From Octopus vulgaris (taxonomy: Eukaryota): a stretch of 64,000 nt of DNA. Position numbers and translations under genes: made by a program. Under the pieces are notes generated by a model. That model searched no databases. It was given only the letters and a program-made list of their open reading frames with translations, and was not told the origin of the DNA. The stretch lies in the NCBI GenBank assembly GCA_951406725.2, contig OX597815.1, positions 126,914,001 through 126,978,000 of the forward strand, in the 5' to 3' direction. Positions within the stretch are counted from its first letter, which is position 1, and each line of letters begins with the position of its first letter. Below are positions 27,480 through 40,599 of this stretch, in pieces.

Positions 27480-27955
27480 ATAGGAAATAGTGGCACAACA
27501 AGGTACCAATTTTTGCTGGAAATAGCAGTCAATAACTGTTCAACATTAGTTAAAGCTTCCCTGAATGTATTGGCTGAGTGTACAAGCATTGATATATTGG
27601 ATTGTAGTGGATATTTTAAATTTAGTCTTTCAGTAGACCTGGCTGATGAGGACCAATCACTTTTACAATAACAAACATATTCTGTAAATTCTGAAACTTG
27701 AGTACTAGGTTGTCCATTTCTCTGGCGTTCTTCCAAGAGGTAAGATGAAAATTTTTAATGTTCACCACCTGCTCACATCTTTACCTCTATACATTCAGTG
27801 AAGCCTTATCTAGTGTCAAACAGTTATTAACTGCCATTTCCTGCAAAAATTGGTACCTTGTTCTGCCACTATTTCCTATTTATAATTTTACTTTTACAGT
27901 ACTTATTTCACTGAAAAATAATACTATTGTATTGTAATAATATTTATAATTTTTA
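27480..27955 (+). mobile_element. Fold-back non-autonomous Penelope-type element
   Basis: Inverted arms 27480-27570 and 27789-27879, hammerhead in the spacer, AT-rich tail, microsatellite flanks. Confidence 0.7.
27636..27711 (+). ncRNA. Type I hammerhead ribozyme
   Basis: Stem I GACCTGG/CTAGGTT (7 bp), CTGATGA 27643-27649, stem II GGA...TCT, GAAA 27693-27696, stem III ACTTGAGT (near-palindrome ACTCGAGT), GTA 27702-27704. Confidence 0.75.
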
Positions 27956-27965
27956 TCTATCTATC

Positions 27966-27999
<34 letters not shown>

Positions 28000-28276
28000 C
28001 GTGCCACCGGCACAGGACCCAGAGGAAGCTGGCAAACCGATCATGGGCATTTGCCAGCCTTCTCTGGCTCCTGTGCTGGTGGCACGTTAAAAGCATCCAC
28101 TACACTCACAGAGTGGTTGGTGTTAGGGAGGGCATCCAGCTGTAGAAACACTGCCAGATCAGACTGGAACCTGGTGCAGCCTCCTGGCTTCCCAGACCCC
28201 GGTCGAACCGTCCAACCCATGCTAGCATGGAAAACGGACGTTAAACGATGATGATGATGATATATATATATATACA

Positions 28277-28337
<61 letters not shown>

Positions 28338-28393
28338 GTATGTATGTAAGTATGCATGTATGTATGCATGTATACACACACTCACACACACAT

Positions 28394-28439
<46 letters not shown>

Positions 28440-29530
28440 ACGAATAAGAAAGAATGAGAGAGAGAGAGATGGAAATACATATATGTGTGCATGTGAATGT
28501 TGACAATTGGTGAAAATACCTGATCACTTAGGATGAAACCAACAGCTTGTAACCTGCTGTCAGTTGCACTTCATCACATTATGCCCACAAATATAATTCA
28601 CAACCACTTAGTGGTACATAGTTACTACAGATGTTATAACACAGTATTGTAAATAGCAGAAGAACTATAGATCTAATAAATACTTCATTGGTTTGTTGTT
28701 CTAAGTACCTCCCTTGCAAAAATCTATGTGTGATAAACCAATGTTTGCTGTAACAGAAACTTTATTTTTCTCATTCAGGTAATGCTGTAGAAAGCAAGAG
28801 ATAATCCCTGTGAACATTACATTTGTGATTTAGAAAAGTAATAGCTTTTCATATATGTATGTTTGTATGTTTATCTTTGGGATTTATTGGGGTTCTACGA
28901 TGCAAAATTCAAGCCAACCACTAATAGAACGATGAGGTTTTTGTGTAAGTCAAGGCAATTTGTGTGGGCTAGTGGCTAAAGTGTTTTCATGATCATAAGT
29001 ACTTGGGTTCAATTCCTGTACTAGTCAGTGCATTGTGTCTTTGAGCAAGGTACTTCATTTCACATAGATCCAGTCTACTAAACAGAAATTCAGTCAACTG
29101 TAACATCCTATATTCTACACTGAGTCAAGAGCTGGGAGGGCTGAGTACTACATCTACTTGTAACTATACAGGCTCCTTTAACAATTAGCAAAAGCATGGT
29201 ACATGCTACCAAGTCATACTCATGATAATGTCTAAGGGAAATGTATATATATAACATATGAAGGTTTATGTGTGAATATGATTTGTTTATATTGATTTCA
29301 AATTTCGGCACAAGGCCAGCAATTTCAAGGAGTGGCTAAATTGATTATATCAACCCCATTATTCAACTTGTACTTATTTTCTTGATCCTGAAAGAATGAA
29401 TGACAAAGTTGATTTCAGCTGAATTCAAACACAGCCCATAAAGCTGGACAAAATGTCGCTAAGAATTTTGTCTGGCATGCTAACGATTCTGCCAGCTCAC
29501 CACTTTAAACATATTTTTTATTAGTACATA

Positions 29531-29938
29531 CTCTTTTACTCTTTTACTTGCTTCAGTCATTTGACTGCGGCCATGCTGGAGCACCACCTTTAGTCGAGCA
29601 AATCAACCCCAGGACTTATTCTTTGTAAGCCTAGTACTTATTCTATTGGTCTCCTTTGCTGAACTTCTAAGTTACGGGGACATAAACACACAAGCATTGG
29701 TTGTCAAGCGATGTTGGGGTGACAAACACAGACACACAAGCATATACACACACATACATATATATATATACATATATACGACGGGCTTCTTTCAGTTTCC
29801 GTCTACCAAATCCACTCGCAAGGCTTTGATCGGCCCAAGGCTATAGTAGAAGACACTTGCCTAAAGTGCCACGCAGTGGGACTGAACCTGGAACCATGTG
29901 GTTGGTAGCAAGATACTTAGCACACAGCCACTCCTGTG
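29531..29938 (-). mobile_element. tRNA-derived SINE, family B. Other copies or fragments at about 38965-39110(+), 39355-39497(+), 49798-50080(-), 51093-51380(+), 56700-56910(+), 57175-57370(-), 57955-58110(-)
   Basis: Head GGC.CAGG.GTGGCTGTGTG(G)TAAG...GGTTCAGTCCCACTGCGTGGCAC.TT.GGCAAGTGTC; tail CAGCATGGCCGCAGTCAAATGACTGAA. Confidence 0.85.
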
Positions 29939-30553
29939 CCTGTATATGTTTGATTAATCACGGTGTATCTATGTATTATATGTACATGTATGTGTATGTA
30001 TGTGTTTGTTCCAGGAAACTCAAATGGAGAATGTGTAGACTGTTCTACGAATTTTAATTGTGCCCCCAATTGGTTGGATTTAGGGCACATGAATCAGTTT
30101 ATTTCGTTTTCTTTTGACTAAGCTCCAACACTTTGAGAGGCTTTTATGCAAATACATTGTTATACGAGTATAGTCCAGTGCATCTAAGGCAACAGATACA
30201 ACTGAAAATTTATATCCTGCAAAATTTAAGTGCTGTTTCTTCTTCATTAGTTCACTTTAGGTATTCTGTTTTTCTATGCCTTTCAACAAAACATTTGTAT
30301 TTGTTAAATCACTAACCTCCAACCATAACTGTGCATGACATTGTACCGTCCTGTAGAATAATATTGGATTGCTTGTGTTTGCATGGAATTGCTGTTTTTA
30401 TTGGTATGTTCCTTGAGAATTGCTTATTTTTATAAGTGCAGACAAATACGCATGTGCATATACACATACACATATACATATAAATATACATACACATGAA
30501 TACATACATGCATGCATGCATGTATACATACATATATATGTATATTCATATAG

Positions 30554-30605
<52 letters not shown>

Positions 30606-30774
30606 AGCAACCCATGCTAGCATGGAAAACGGACGTTAAGTGATGATGATGATGATGATATATATGTAGGTGTGTATGCATGTACATATATGTATGTATA
30701 TATATATATATATTTGTATATAAATGTATATTTGTATATATATATATGTATACATATGTATATATATATGTATA

Positions 30775-30854
<80 letters not shown>

Positions 30855-31693
30855 GTGTGTATGTATATTATATATTATAATTTTGCATTGATTTGCTTGC
30901 TGCCATTTATAAAGCATTGAATGCTGGATGCTGAGCAAAAATAAATAAATGACTGAAATCAAGTCATAGACAGCCCAACATTACCATTTACCATGTTTCC
31001 ATCTGATGAATGATCAAAAGCAAAATAAAGACCACTTGTAAAAATATTGTGTATATAGCTCCAGAAACAGGAATGCACAACAGAGACATTTACTATGATG
31101 CAAAAAAAAAAGATAAATAAAGAAAAAATAGCTTATGATATATAAGGTAAGTGCAGATAAAAAGAAAGTGAAATAAATTAAGTTAAATAAAGATAATGAT
31201 ATAAAACACCATAATAAAAGATAGATGAAATAAACTGAGCATACATAAACACAAGCAGATGCATAAATCACAAATAATTACTAATATACATTTTAACTAG
31301 CAAAAGTAAATGGAATGTGCACTTTTGAGTTTTAGAGAAAATCATTTGGAAATGTCATCATCATCATCATCGTTGTCGTCGCCATTGTCATCATCATCAT
31401 CCTTTCAATGTCCTCTTTTCCATGTTTGCATGGCACAGAGAGAATTTGATGTGATAGATATTCTCCAGCCTGATGCCCCTCCTCCAGCTTCTGTCAACTA
31501 AATCCATTAACAAGGCTTTGGTCAACTTGGAGTTATGGCAAAAGACACTTGTACTAGTGGAACTGAAATCAGGATTACATGGTTGGAAAGCAAGCACTTC
31601 TTAACCAACCACACACCCATGTCACTACCCATCATATATATATGAGGGAAAGATAGAGAGAAAGAGGAATATATATATATATATATATATATA

Positions 31694-32876
31694 TCTTTAT
31701 ATATATAAAACTGAGAATGTCTGTCTGTCTGTGTGTTTCCCTAAAACTTGAGAACTACTCAACTAATTTCATTCAAATTTTACACATGCCTTACTTAGGG
31801 TCCGGAGAGTGTCATCGACAGAAAAGTTTTTAACTTTTTGCCTAGGGCGAGCCCACAGCAATATCATATCTTCTCCACTACGATTCCTTAAATCTTGAGA
31901 ACTACACAACCAATTTCATTCAAATTTTATACATGCCTTACTTAGGGTCCATGTAGTTTCATGGGCAAAAAAAAATGTTCAACTTCTTGCCTAGAGCGAG
32001 CCCATAGCAATATCATATCTTCTCCACTATTTCAGTATTACATGTTAAAAGTGAAACAAAAACATTTCTCTATTTTATGTCAGATACTTTCACTTTAATA
32101 ATAAAAATAATAATAACAATTGAATTATATGTAGTAAGTAATAATTAAAATCAAACTAAAATATAATATAATCGTAACATTAAAAAATGTAAAAATAGTA
32201 ATTGGTATAAAATTGCATCAATGACTTGAACTTGAATAAGTGGTTTCACATGAATGGGAATAAATTAAAAATAAAATTAGCGTGCAGAAATGGAATAGTC
32301 CAGATGGATAATAAAAAATTAAATTAAAGAAAAGACTATTGTTTATAAAGTATACAATGTAGAGAAAAAAGATTTGAACACATGGAGGAAAGCACCTTCG
32401 AAAAGTGTCTTGGTGTGACTATAAAAGATATCTAATCAGAGGCGGTAAATTCGGCACAATAGAAGCAAAGTTCGAGTCAATGGAGTGTGCAAGGGAGTAC
32501 TCAACTTGAACTTGCAAAGTGGAAATATTTTATTTTTACCTTTATATCAGGGACGTAGGACGTCCCGGAAAAAAAATTTTAAATGCCCTTCCCCCCTCCC
32601 CAGAAATAGAGGTAGCCTGGATTGTAGCCACAGTTCTATACAAGAGGGAGGACAAGAAACAATTGATCGAAATTACAAGAGATGGGCTAACAATTCCAGT
32701 CTGTTATATATTTTGAGTATTGTTATCACTAGCGATATCAAGATATAACTTTGTATATTGTATTTTATGTGTAGATGTATATATATAGATATACATGTAA
32801 TATGTACACATATATATATACACATATATACATGCACTAGTACAATGACCCGGCAATGCTGAGTCTTTAATGCTAG
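31694..32876 (+). mobile_element. Non-autonomous Helitron
   Basis: A|TC 5' end followed by TATATATAAAA and (TGTC)n; internal ~140-bp duplication (31745-31880 and 31893-32030); 3' hairpin GACCCGGCA-A-TGCTGAGTC then CTAG|T. Confidence 0.85.
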
Positions 32877-32912
32877 TATATATATACACACATACATATA
32901 TGTATGAGTGTA

Positions 32913-32948
<36 letters not shown>

Positions 32949-33066
32949 AGTATAGAAATTCGGGGTGAGTACTTGATAATTATAAGCACCTGTGTATACC
33001 GTTTGGTGGTGTAGGTGGTGGAGTAAATTGATCAAAATAAAATAAAAACATGATGCGAAGGATTCA

Positions 33067-33144
33067 GCGGTACATATGTTTCGGGCCTTTATTAGACAGA
33101 TTTATAACAATGCATAATGTATGTCTGTGGCCTTCTTCAGCCGC
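33067..33144 (-). ncRNA. Type I hammerhead ribozyme (left arm)
   Basis: Exact reverse complement of 33369-33446. Confidence 0.85.
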
Positions 33145-33368
33145 GCACAACAGCTTCCGCAAGGACATGTGTTACATCAAAAATTCTTGGTTGGGGATGC
33201 AAATCCTCTCATCCACGTACGACATAATGCGGCAGCACATTGAGAGAAGAAAGAGATGGACGCTTCAATTCTATGCTGCTGCCGCATTATGTCGTACGTG
33301 GATGAGAGGATTTGCATCCCTAACCAAGAATTTTGATGTAACACATGTCCTTGCGGAAGCTGTTGTGC

Positions 33369-33446
33369 GCGGCTGAAGAAGGCCACAGACATACATTATG
33401 CATTGTTATAAATCTGTCTAATAAAGGCCCGAAACATATGTACCGC
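33369..33446 (+). ncRNA. Type I hammerhead ribozyme (right arm)
   Basis: GCGG-CTGAAGA-A-GGCC-[ACAGA...TCTGT...]-GGCC-C-GAAA-CATAT-GTA-CCGC: stem I GCGG/CCGC, palindromic stem III ACATATGT, predicted cut after 33442. Confidence 0.85.
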
Positions 33447-33482
33447 TGAATCCTTCGCATCATGTTTTTATTTTATTTTGAT

Positions 33483-33560
<78 letters not shown>

Positions 33561-34769
33561 AGAAAGAGACTGAGAGAGAGAGAGAGATTCTGTGTAAAAA
33601 AGGTTAATATGAGGGTTAAGGATATCTTTAGTATACATAATTAAGAAATGAAGTAAAATATGCATCTGACCTTTTGATGCAAAATTTTGAATTAGATTAA
33701 AACTTAGATTATTTTTGCTGGTTGGGATAAAAAATGCATAATATATAAATTTATGTTCAGAGTAAGATAAAAATACTCACATAAGCAGTTTATACTATTT
33801 GTAATCTATAGATGTTCTAAAATATTTTTTATACATCACTATTTATGCATACAGTAAGAGATTAGTTCAGAATTTCTGTTGAGGAGTGAAAGATTTTAGA
33901 ACAATACTTTGTATATATTAAAATACATATATAAAATGAACACAGTTTAATTGACTGTTTGTGTGGGTTTAATTGAATGTTTGTGTGGGTTTAATTGAAT
34001 GTTTGTATGGGTTTTAGTGACACAAATAAATTTCCACATATTTTTATATTTTACTTTTTATTTTTAAAGTCTCTCTGTAACCATGCAAACTAATCTGGTA
34101 TTTGTAAGTTGTTTTGGGGAAGTGTGTCTGTGGTGCACAGCTTGAGCAAACAGACAGTTAATCCAATATAAGATTTTAACATAGTTTCCATGTTAACTGC
34201 CAGACAATAAGCAATACCTTTGGAGATACATCTACAGTTGAGTGAATATTCTACCAGACATGTTACAAAGCTCGTTCATTTTGGATAATGGAGGAACTAG
34301 AGAGTTTAGTTTGATTTATGTTCAATAAACATAGTATGAAATTTGGTGTGAATGAATAGAAATGTTTTACAAACATTTTATGCTATGAGACCAAGGAAAG
34401 AATTTTCTGGAGTAGTTTAAAGAATTTTTGGGTCACAGGGTGAAAACTCTTTAATTCAAAGGTGGATTGTAATATTTTGTCGCATATTGGCTTTATTGTA
34501 AGTTTGTGTGTTGTTATGTGTATGCATCTAATTTTTCTAATGCTATATTATAATATTTTGTTGCAATAATCTAATGCTTTAGTGAAATATTCTGGAAGAC
34601 AGGTTGGATATATATAGAGAGAAGAATTTACATAAGTCCAGGTCTGTGATAGTACTCTCTGTGATGTTTGGCAGTATATGGTGAAACTATGACCTCCACA
34701 TTGCATAATCCAATACAATTGCAAACAAGTAAGTGCATGTGTATCTCCTTGTAGCAACACATCTGGTAT

Positions 34770-35609
34770 TTAAAAGAATTCTGTTTTACCATCAGATGAC
34801 AACATATGAGGTCTGGTCTTCTCATAGGTCTTTGCAATGGCAAGAACTAGTTCTTCTGGAACATTCATATCTAACGAAATAGATCAAGCACAATTGCTGC
34901 TCATGAGAGTAGAAATATCAGCTGCTAAAACTGGATCACACACAAATGTATAGAAAACTAAATACATATCTTTCAACAAATCAAGTGATGCTGAACTGTT
35001 TGCTTTGAGTGGTTCCAAATTAAATATTGCTGAAGACTTGAAGTACTTGGGTGGTTGAGTGAGCAGTTCAGAAACAGACATCAAGATCAGGAAAGCACAA
35101 GCATGGACAGCCAGTCACAAACTAAAGACACAATTTGAAATCTGGAACTTCAAATTGCCCCGGCAAATTGAAATCAAGCTGTTCATTGCAACTGTCGAAT
35201 CAGTGCTATTATATGGTAGTGAAACATGGGAACTGACAAAGAAATTATAGAACAGGCTAAATGGATGCTATCAATGACCCTAAATATGAAATGACAGCAA
35301 CATATGAAAAATAAATATTTTTATGGAGACCTGCCAAAAGTTAGCAAGAATATCAGGCAAAGACAGCTGTGACTGTCTGGTCACTGCATGCACCACTCTG
35401 CTCTGGAAGCATCCAAGTTAGTCTTGTGGAACCTACTTCATGGTGATGTAAGAAGAGGAAAACGTCATCACACTTACATCAACAACTTGATTGCAGGCAG
35501 TGGCCTGGAATTATCCAGAGCTTCGAGGCAGTGATGATGGACCTAGAAGTGTGCCAGGGAAACTCAGTTGCTGTGGCCTGGGTGGGAATCCAGCCACAAA
35601 AAAAAAAAA
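34770..35609 (+). mobile_element. Degraded RTE-like LINE 3' portion with A-rich tail
   Basis: EDLKYLG, DIKIRKAQAW, LFIATVESVLLYGSETWELTKKL, later LSGHCMH; poly-A at 35597-35609. Confidence 0.8.
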
Positions 35610-37381
35610 GAAATAGTGTAAAATATTATTTGAATGATTAGATGGTCGATGCATGTAATACTATAACTTATCTGGCTTTCCTTTCAAGGAGACTTGGGAT
35701 TTCCTTAAGCTGAACAAAACATCAGGATAATTTACTATCTTGGAGTTACATTCAATTGTTATCTATATTTCTAAGAATAAGATTTCTGCTATCCCTGTAT
35801 AAGCTTCTGAGTATATCTGGGAACTTGGTATTTAAGTGGTGAAGAATATATAGTCCCACAATATTGTTCACTTCTGCTCTGAAATTATGTAGAAACTTTA
35901 AATAGTGAAAGATATATTAGAGTTCTGTGATACTGCTCACCTACCTTGAACTCTTTGCTCCTATACTGATGTCAAACAAAATGTTCATGCATCTATTAAT
36001 TCATATATTGTTATTATATAATAATATATCTCCTTGATGCATAGATTTATATCAGTTTCAAAATTAATGATTGATGAAAACGTCTTTGCAAAATCTAATA
36101 CATCCATCAACAGAGGCTATGAAACTGGTGAGTATTTGTTCTGTGTATGAAATTACATGAATTTGCAGTTTTATTTGCTATATATGGATTTAAACTATAA
36201 GATAACTATATTGGAATTATTCTAAAGGGATAAATAAGAAGCTCCTTTGATTTGGGAATTATCTTACCGATGATGGAATCACTAATTATTTCAATGTCAG
36301 TCTCGATTGAATTGATAGGCTATTGAAAGAACTGGATTAATGATCCTTAAAAGTAATGTACAAATTTGCAATTCTGAAAATTATTTCCTCTCTTCAGTTT
36401 CTAGTTAGCTGCTACATTTTTTCTGCATAATTAATAGCATGTAAAGTTATGAAGCAGGTAATTTTACAATCATTCGCAACTGTGGTGGAATGAAATTTAT
36501 GGATGAGTAATTGATTTCATGGGTATTTTTGTTTCATCTAAGGAAACAAGTTTATTTTTCTCTTTAAACTGAACATCTTGTATTTCAGATTTGAGTTTTT
36601 CTATAAAATTTTTCAATTATTTTTATTTTTTAACATTCTCAAATTATTGTAATATTATGTTTGACAGGAGTTACTTTGTGAGCCACATTTTGGGTTTGCA
36701 CAATATTTGCGTGTCTTTCTATATGACTTTCTACCCAAGTTTTTTGATAAAGTGTAAAATTTCTGTATAAGATAGTTTTTGTTTGAAGGGAAAGAACTAT
36801 TCTTAGTTGATAAATCAATGTGGCTTTTCTACCGTTTTCAATTTGACACAACTGTATTGCAACAGTGCTCAACAGGAAAGGAAGGTATTAATACTTTAAA
36901 TTGCATAGGTGTGCATTCACTCACAGTTATAAAGAACTTATTCCAATAGGCAGGACAAAATAAATAAGTAATTATTTAAATAACCTGAGGTAAATTATAA
37001 CATTAAATAGGTATTGATTTGTTTTGCTAAACCAGGCAAGCATTCAGGCAGGCCCTATTTGCATTGTAGATTCAAAGAATACAGAGTATAACTCTAAAAT
37101 TTTTCACTTCCTTGCAGTAATTCCGAACTAATCTCTGGCTGTTTAAATAATTTAAGCCTTTCATAAGATAAGAAAGACTATATCCACCTCTGTAAGAGGT
37201 TTTTACTTCCAATTCTGAAAACGATCTTATATTTTTATATATTTATTTAATCAGTTAATAATCCCTGGTATATTTTCACAAAGAAGGTTTATGTACTCAA
37301 ACTGTTTTAGCTATGCAAATTAAAATGTAGAGAACCTGTGTGACTAATTATATATCACACAGTCAAACACACACACACACA

Positions 37382-37445
<64 letters not shown>

Positions 37446-37828
37446 TCTATATAATAATCTGCTTCTTTGTTCCCCCATTATACTTCAGTTTGTTTTATTC
37501 TTTTATTCCCCTCTCAGAGGGAAATAAAAGTGAGAGAGGGGGTTGAGGAGTGTGAGTAAAGAAGAAAGAAGTGAGGAAAAAGTAGAGAAAGATGTATAAT
37601 AAGGCCAAATGTATTATGTGGTTAGATGAAGAGAGAGGTAAAGAGTGAGAGAAAAAGATGGTGAGAGGAAAAGAGGGAGACAGAAGTGTTAACGATGTAC
37701 CGTAGGATGGGGAAGGAAAGGTAAAGAGAAAGAGATATGTTTAGGATACAATATGTAGCAGAAAGTGATGTTCTGGTGGTGAGGTTAAAAGCAGATAGAG
37801 AGAAATGGACATGGGAGGCAGTTACATT

Positions 37829-37874
<46 letters not shown>

Positions 37875-40599
37875 GAGAGAGGCAGATAGCATCTGTATTG
37901 TTAGAGAAGAGACACAACAACAGCAAAAATGTAGACATAAACAAACAGTTTGATTGAAATGAAATGAAGTGAACCTTATTACTAAAAACTATAGTCATGA
38001 TGGTGGTGTGTTGATAGTGAAAAGTATTTTTTTTTTATCGAACTAAATCTATAATCTTTTTTAAAGGAGGTGCAAGGCTTCCAAATTGTTTTGGAGGGGG
38101 ACTAGTTGATTACATCAACCAATACAGTATGCTATCACTCAGGTGATTTGTGGAAGTGAGAGGTGAAGAGAAAAAGAGAAATGTTAAAGATATGAAGAGA
38201 GGAATTACATGGCTAAAAAGATTTGTTGAAGAAGTAGAGAGAAAGAGAGAAATATAAAGTGCTTAGCAGATGAGAAATTATAAAATCATATAATATGTTA
38301 TTGTGTCTGAAAGTGAAATAACTTAGCAAAATAAAAATAAGAATGTAAATTGTCTTTTCTTTCTTAAATATCTTCTTTCAATCTTTTTCATTCTGTGGAA
38401 TTACCACGGATCCCACTAGCATAAAATAATATAATATAATTTGATGTAATATAATACAGTATTCAGGTCCATAAGGTGGTGAGCTGGCAGAATTTTTACC
38501 GCATCAGGCAAAATGCTTTGCAATATTTCATCCCTCTTTATGTACTGAGTTCCAATCCTACTGAGGTCGACTTTGCCTTACTCCATTCCCCGAAATTGCT
38601 GGCCTTGTGCCAAGATTTGAAACAATTATACAAACCCATGTTTTTTAAATTTTAATCCTAGCTTTAGCATTATTTCATTTCCCAATATTTAATGCAGTAT
38701 ATCATTTTATTATTTAACAATCTGCCTGTATGTGCAAATATCTCTTTCTATTCTGTTACCAGAAATTCGAACCCCTTACTATAAATTTAATTCTTGACGA
38801 CTTGACTGTATCACACACTTAAATGGAATATTTTAGCATTACATCAAGCACAATCATATTAAATTAATGAGACGGCTTTGATTAATGTGTGATTTATAAA
38901 TTAATTTAACAAATCAAATCCGTTTTCAAATGCAGCACTTCTCATATTACTTGATGTAACACAGAAGCAGGCATGGCCAAGTGGTAAAGAAGTTCATTTT
39001 GCAGTCATGAGATTCCAGGTTCAGTCCCACTTCGTGGCATGTATGGTAAATTTCTTTTACCATAGCTTCGGATTAAGCTAGTGATAGTGAGTGAAACTGT
39101 GTGGAATCCATTCAGATAAATTATACTTGTAATTCAAAATACTAACTGTGTCACACATTATGCCATGCTGTATTTACATGAGTTATGTGAAAAGCACGTG
39201 TGTCTGTAGAATATTCAGCCATTTGCACGCAAAGAGTAAGCAACTTCAGTTGATCGAACAATTAGAACACTCATCGTAGAAACAAACGAAGGATACAGTT
39301 ACTTTTAATTATTTAATTTACACCGATTTTTCCTTTCTTTATTAAAATACCCTAAAGGCGTGGGTGCGTAGTAAGAAGTTTGCTTCCCATTCACATGGTT
39401 TCAGGTTCAGTCCCACTGCGTAGAAACTTGGGCAAGAGTTGGGCCAATCGAAACCTTGTTAAATTGATTTGGTAGACGGAAACTGAAAGAAGCCTGTTAT
39501 ATATATATGCAAATACCAGTTGCACTCCTGTGATAAGATTTTAATTAAAGATTACACTAGCGGTCTAAAAACAGTTAAGGGGTCATTACCCCAGATTTCG
39601 GGCTCATCAATGTTCAGTTTACTCAGAAAATGCTTAGGGGCGTGTTTAAGTAGATCGCTTTCCGATACATATTAAACGAGGACAGTCGTGGTATACTCAG
39701 ATACGACTACCTTATGGGTTCTTATTAGAGTAGATTACAAAAATTTCCATTTTTAACAAATTATGTCTTTTTCAATTAGTGCTTGATTTTTATATAATTA
39801 TTTGTTTATTTTGTTACCCTTGTAGCAGAAATATGTTTATCATTCGGCTGTCTACCTTAAATACACAGAAATTGGTTCATACGCGCGTTTTCTACAAGTT
39901 GTCACATGATGGTGTATTCATCGATCGAATCCTGGTTTTACGCGGGCTGTCCAATCCCATTCATTGTCTGACAGACCAGCCCAGTGCGGGAAAATTATGT
40001 TTGCTCGCTGGAGCCTCCCGCAGCTTTAAATAGAAGAATCTTTCCTATTTTCATCACTGTGGTGGGAAGACACGATTGAGTTCGGATCTCGGTGGAGAGA
40101 GGGGAGTTATTTGCAGGTAGCCTTGAGGCGTTACTTGTGGCCATTATACCTATAAGCAGAGCGGATTTGAGAGACTCCAAGAAGTCATGTCACGTATTTC
40201 TGTTCCTGTTCTGCCCAGCACTCATCACCAAGTTCCAACTGAATGAGAAACAAATATGTATATTTTCTTTAGACAGTATTATTTAAGATGTACCAACGTT
40301 TGCTGTGCCGATTCATTTAGCGGTTGAATAAAGTGTAGCAGTTAATTGCAACTCGTTTTCTTATATTTCTTTCCTCTGTTTATACACGACTCATTGAAAC
40401 CAAGGAATTGTAATTATACCAGGGCCTAAGACACGCTAAACCTTGTTTATTCTTTTGTTGCACTATTATTTATTTCTGTTGCCCAATTAGCATTTTTCTT
40501 TTAAATTCAGGACATTTTCCTTTCAGTAAATGTATATTCATGACCACAAAGTTTGTATTTAGAAAATTTTTTGAATTGACCAAGTAATATATATTAACT

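Larger units (their letters stand above)
32943..33486. mobile_element. Young fold-back element: 460-bp near-perfect palindrome plus an ~85-bp unique tail, inserted in (TA)n
   Basis: Arms 33027-33237 and 33277-33486 differ by one substitution and one 1-bp indel; 39-nt spacer. Confidence 0.9.

Noticed and set aside
33050-33392. 108-aa and 71-aa ORFs across the palindrome
   Set aside because: No recognisable domain; mirror-image by-products of the inverted repeat.
33770-33830. Minus-strand AG...GTGAGT mini-exon as KCNQ exon 2
   Set aside because: It has a stop in the required phase and no S1-S2 similarity.
33950-34015. Short tandem repeat (TGTTTGTGTGGGTTTAATTGAA) considered as CRISPR-like
   Set aside because: About three adjacent units without spacers in eukaryotic DNA; a minisatellite.
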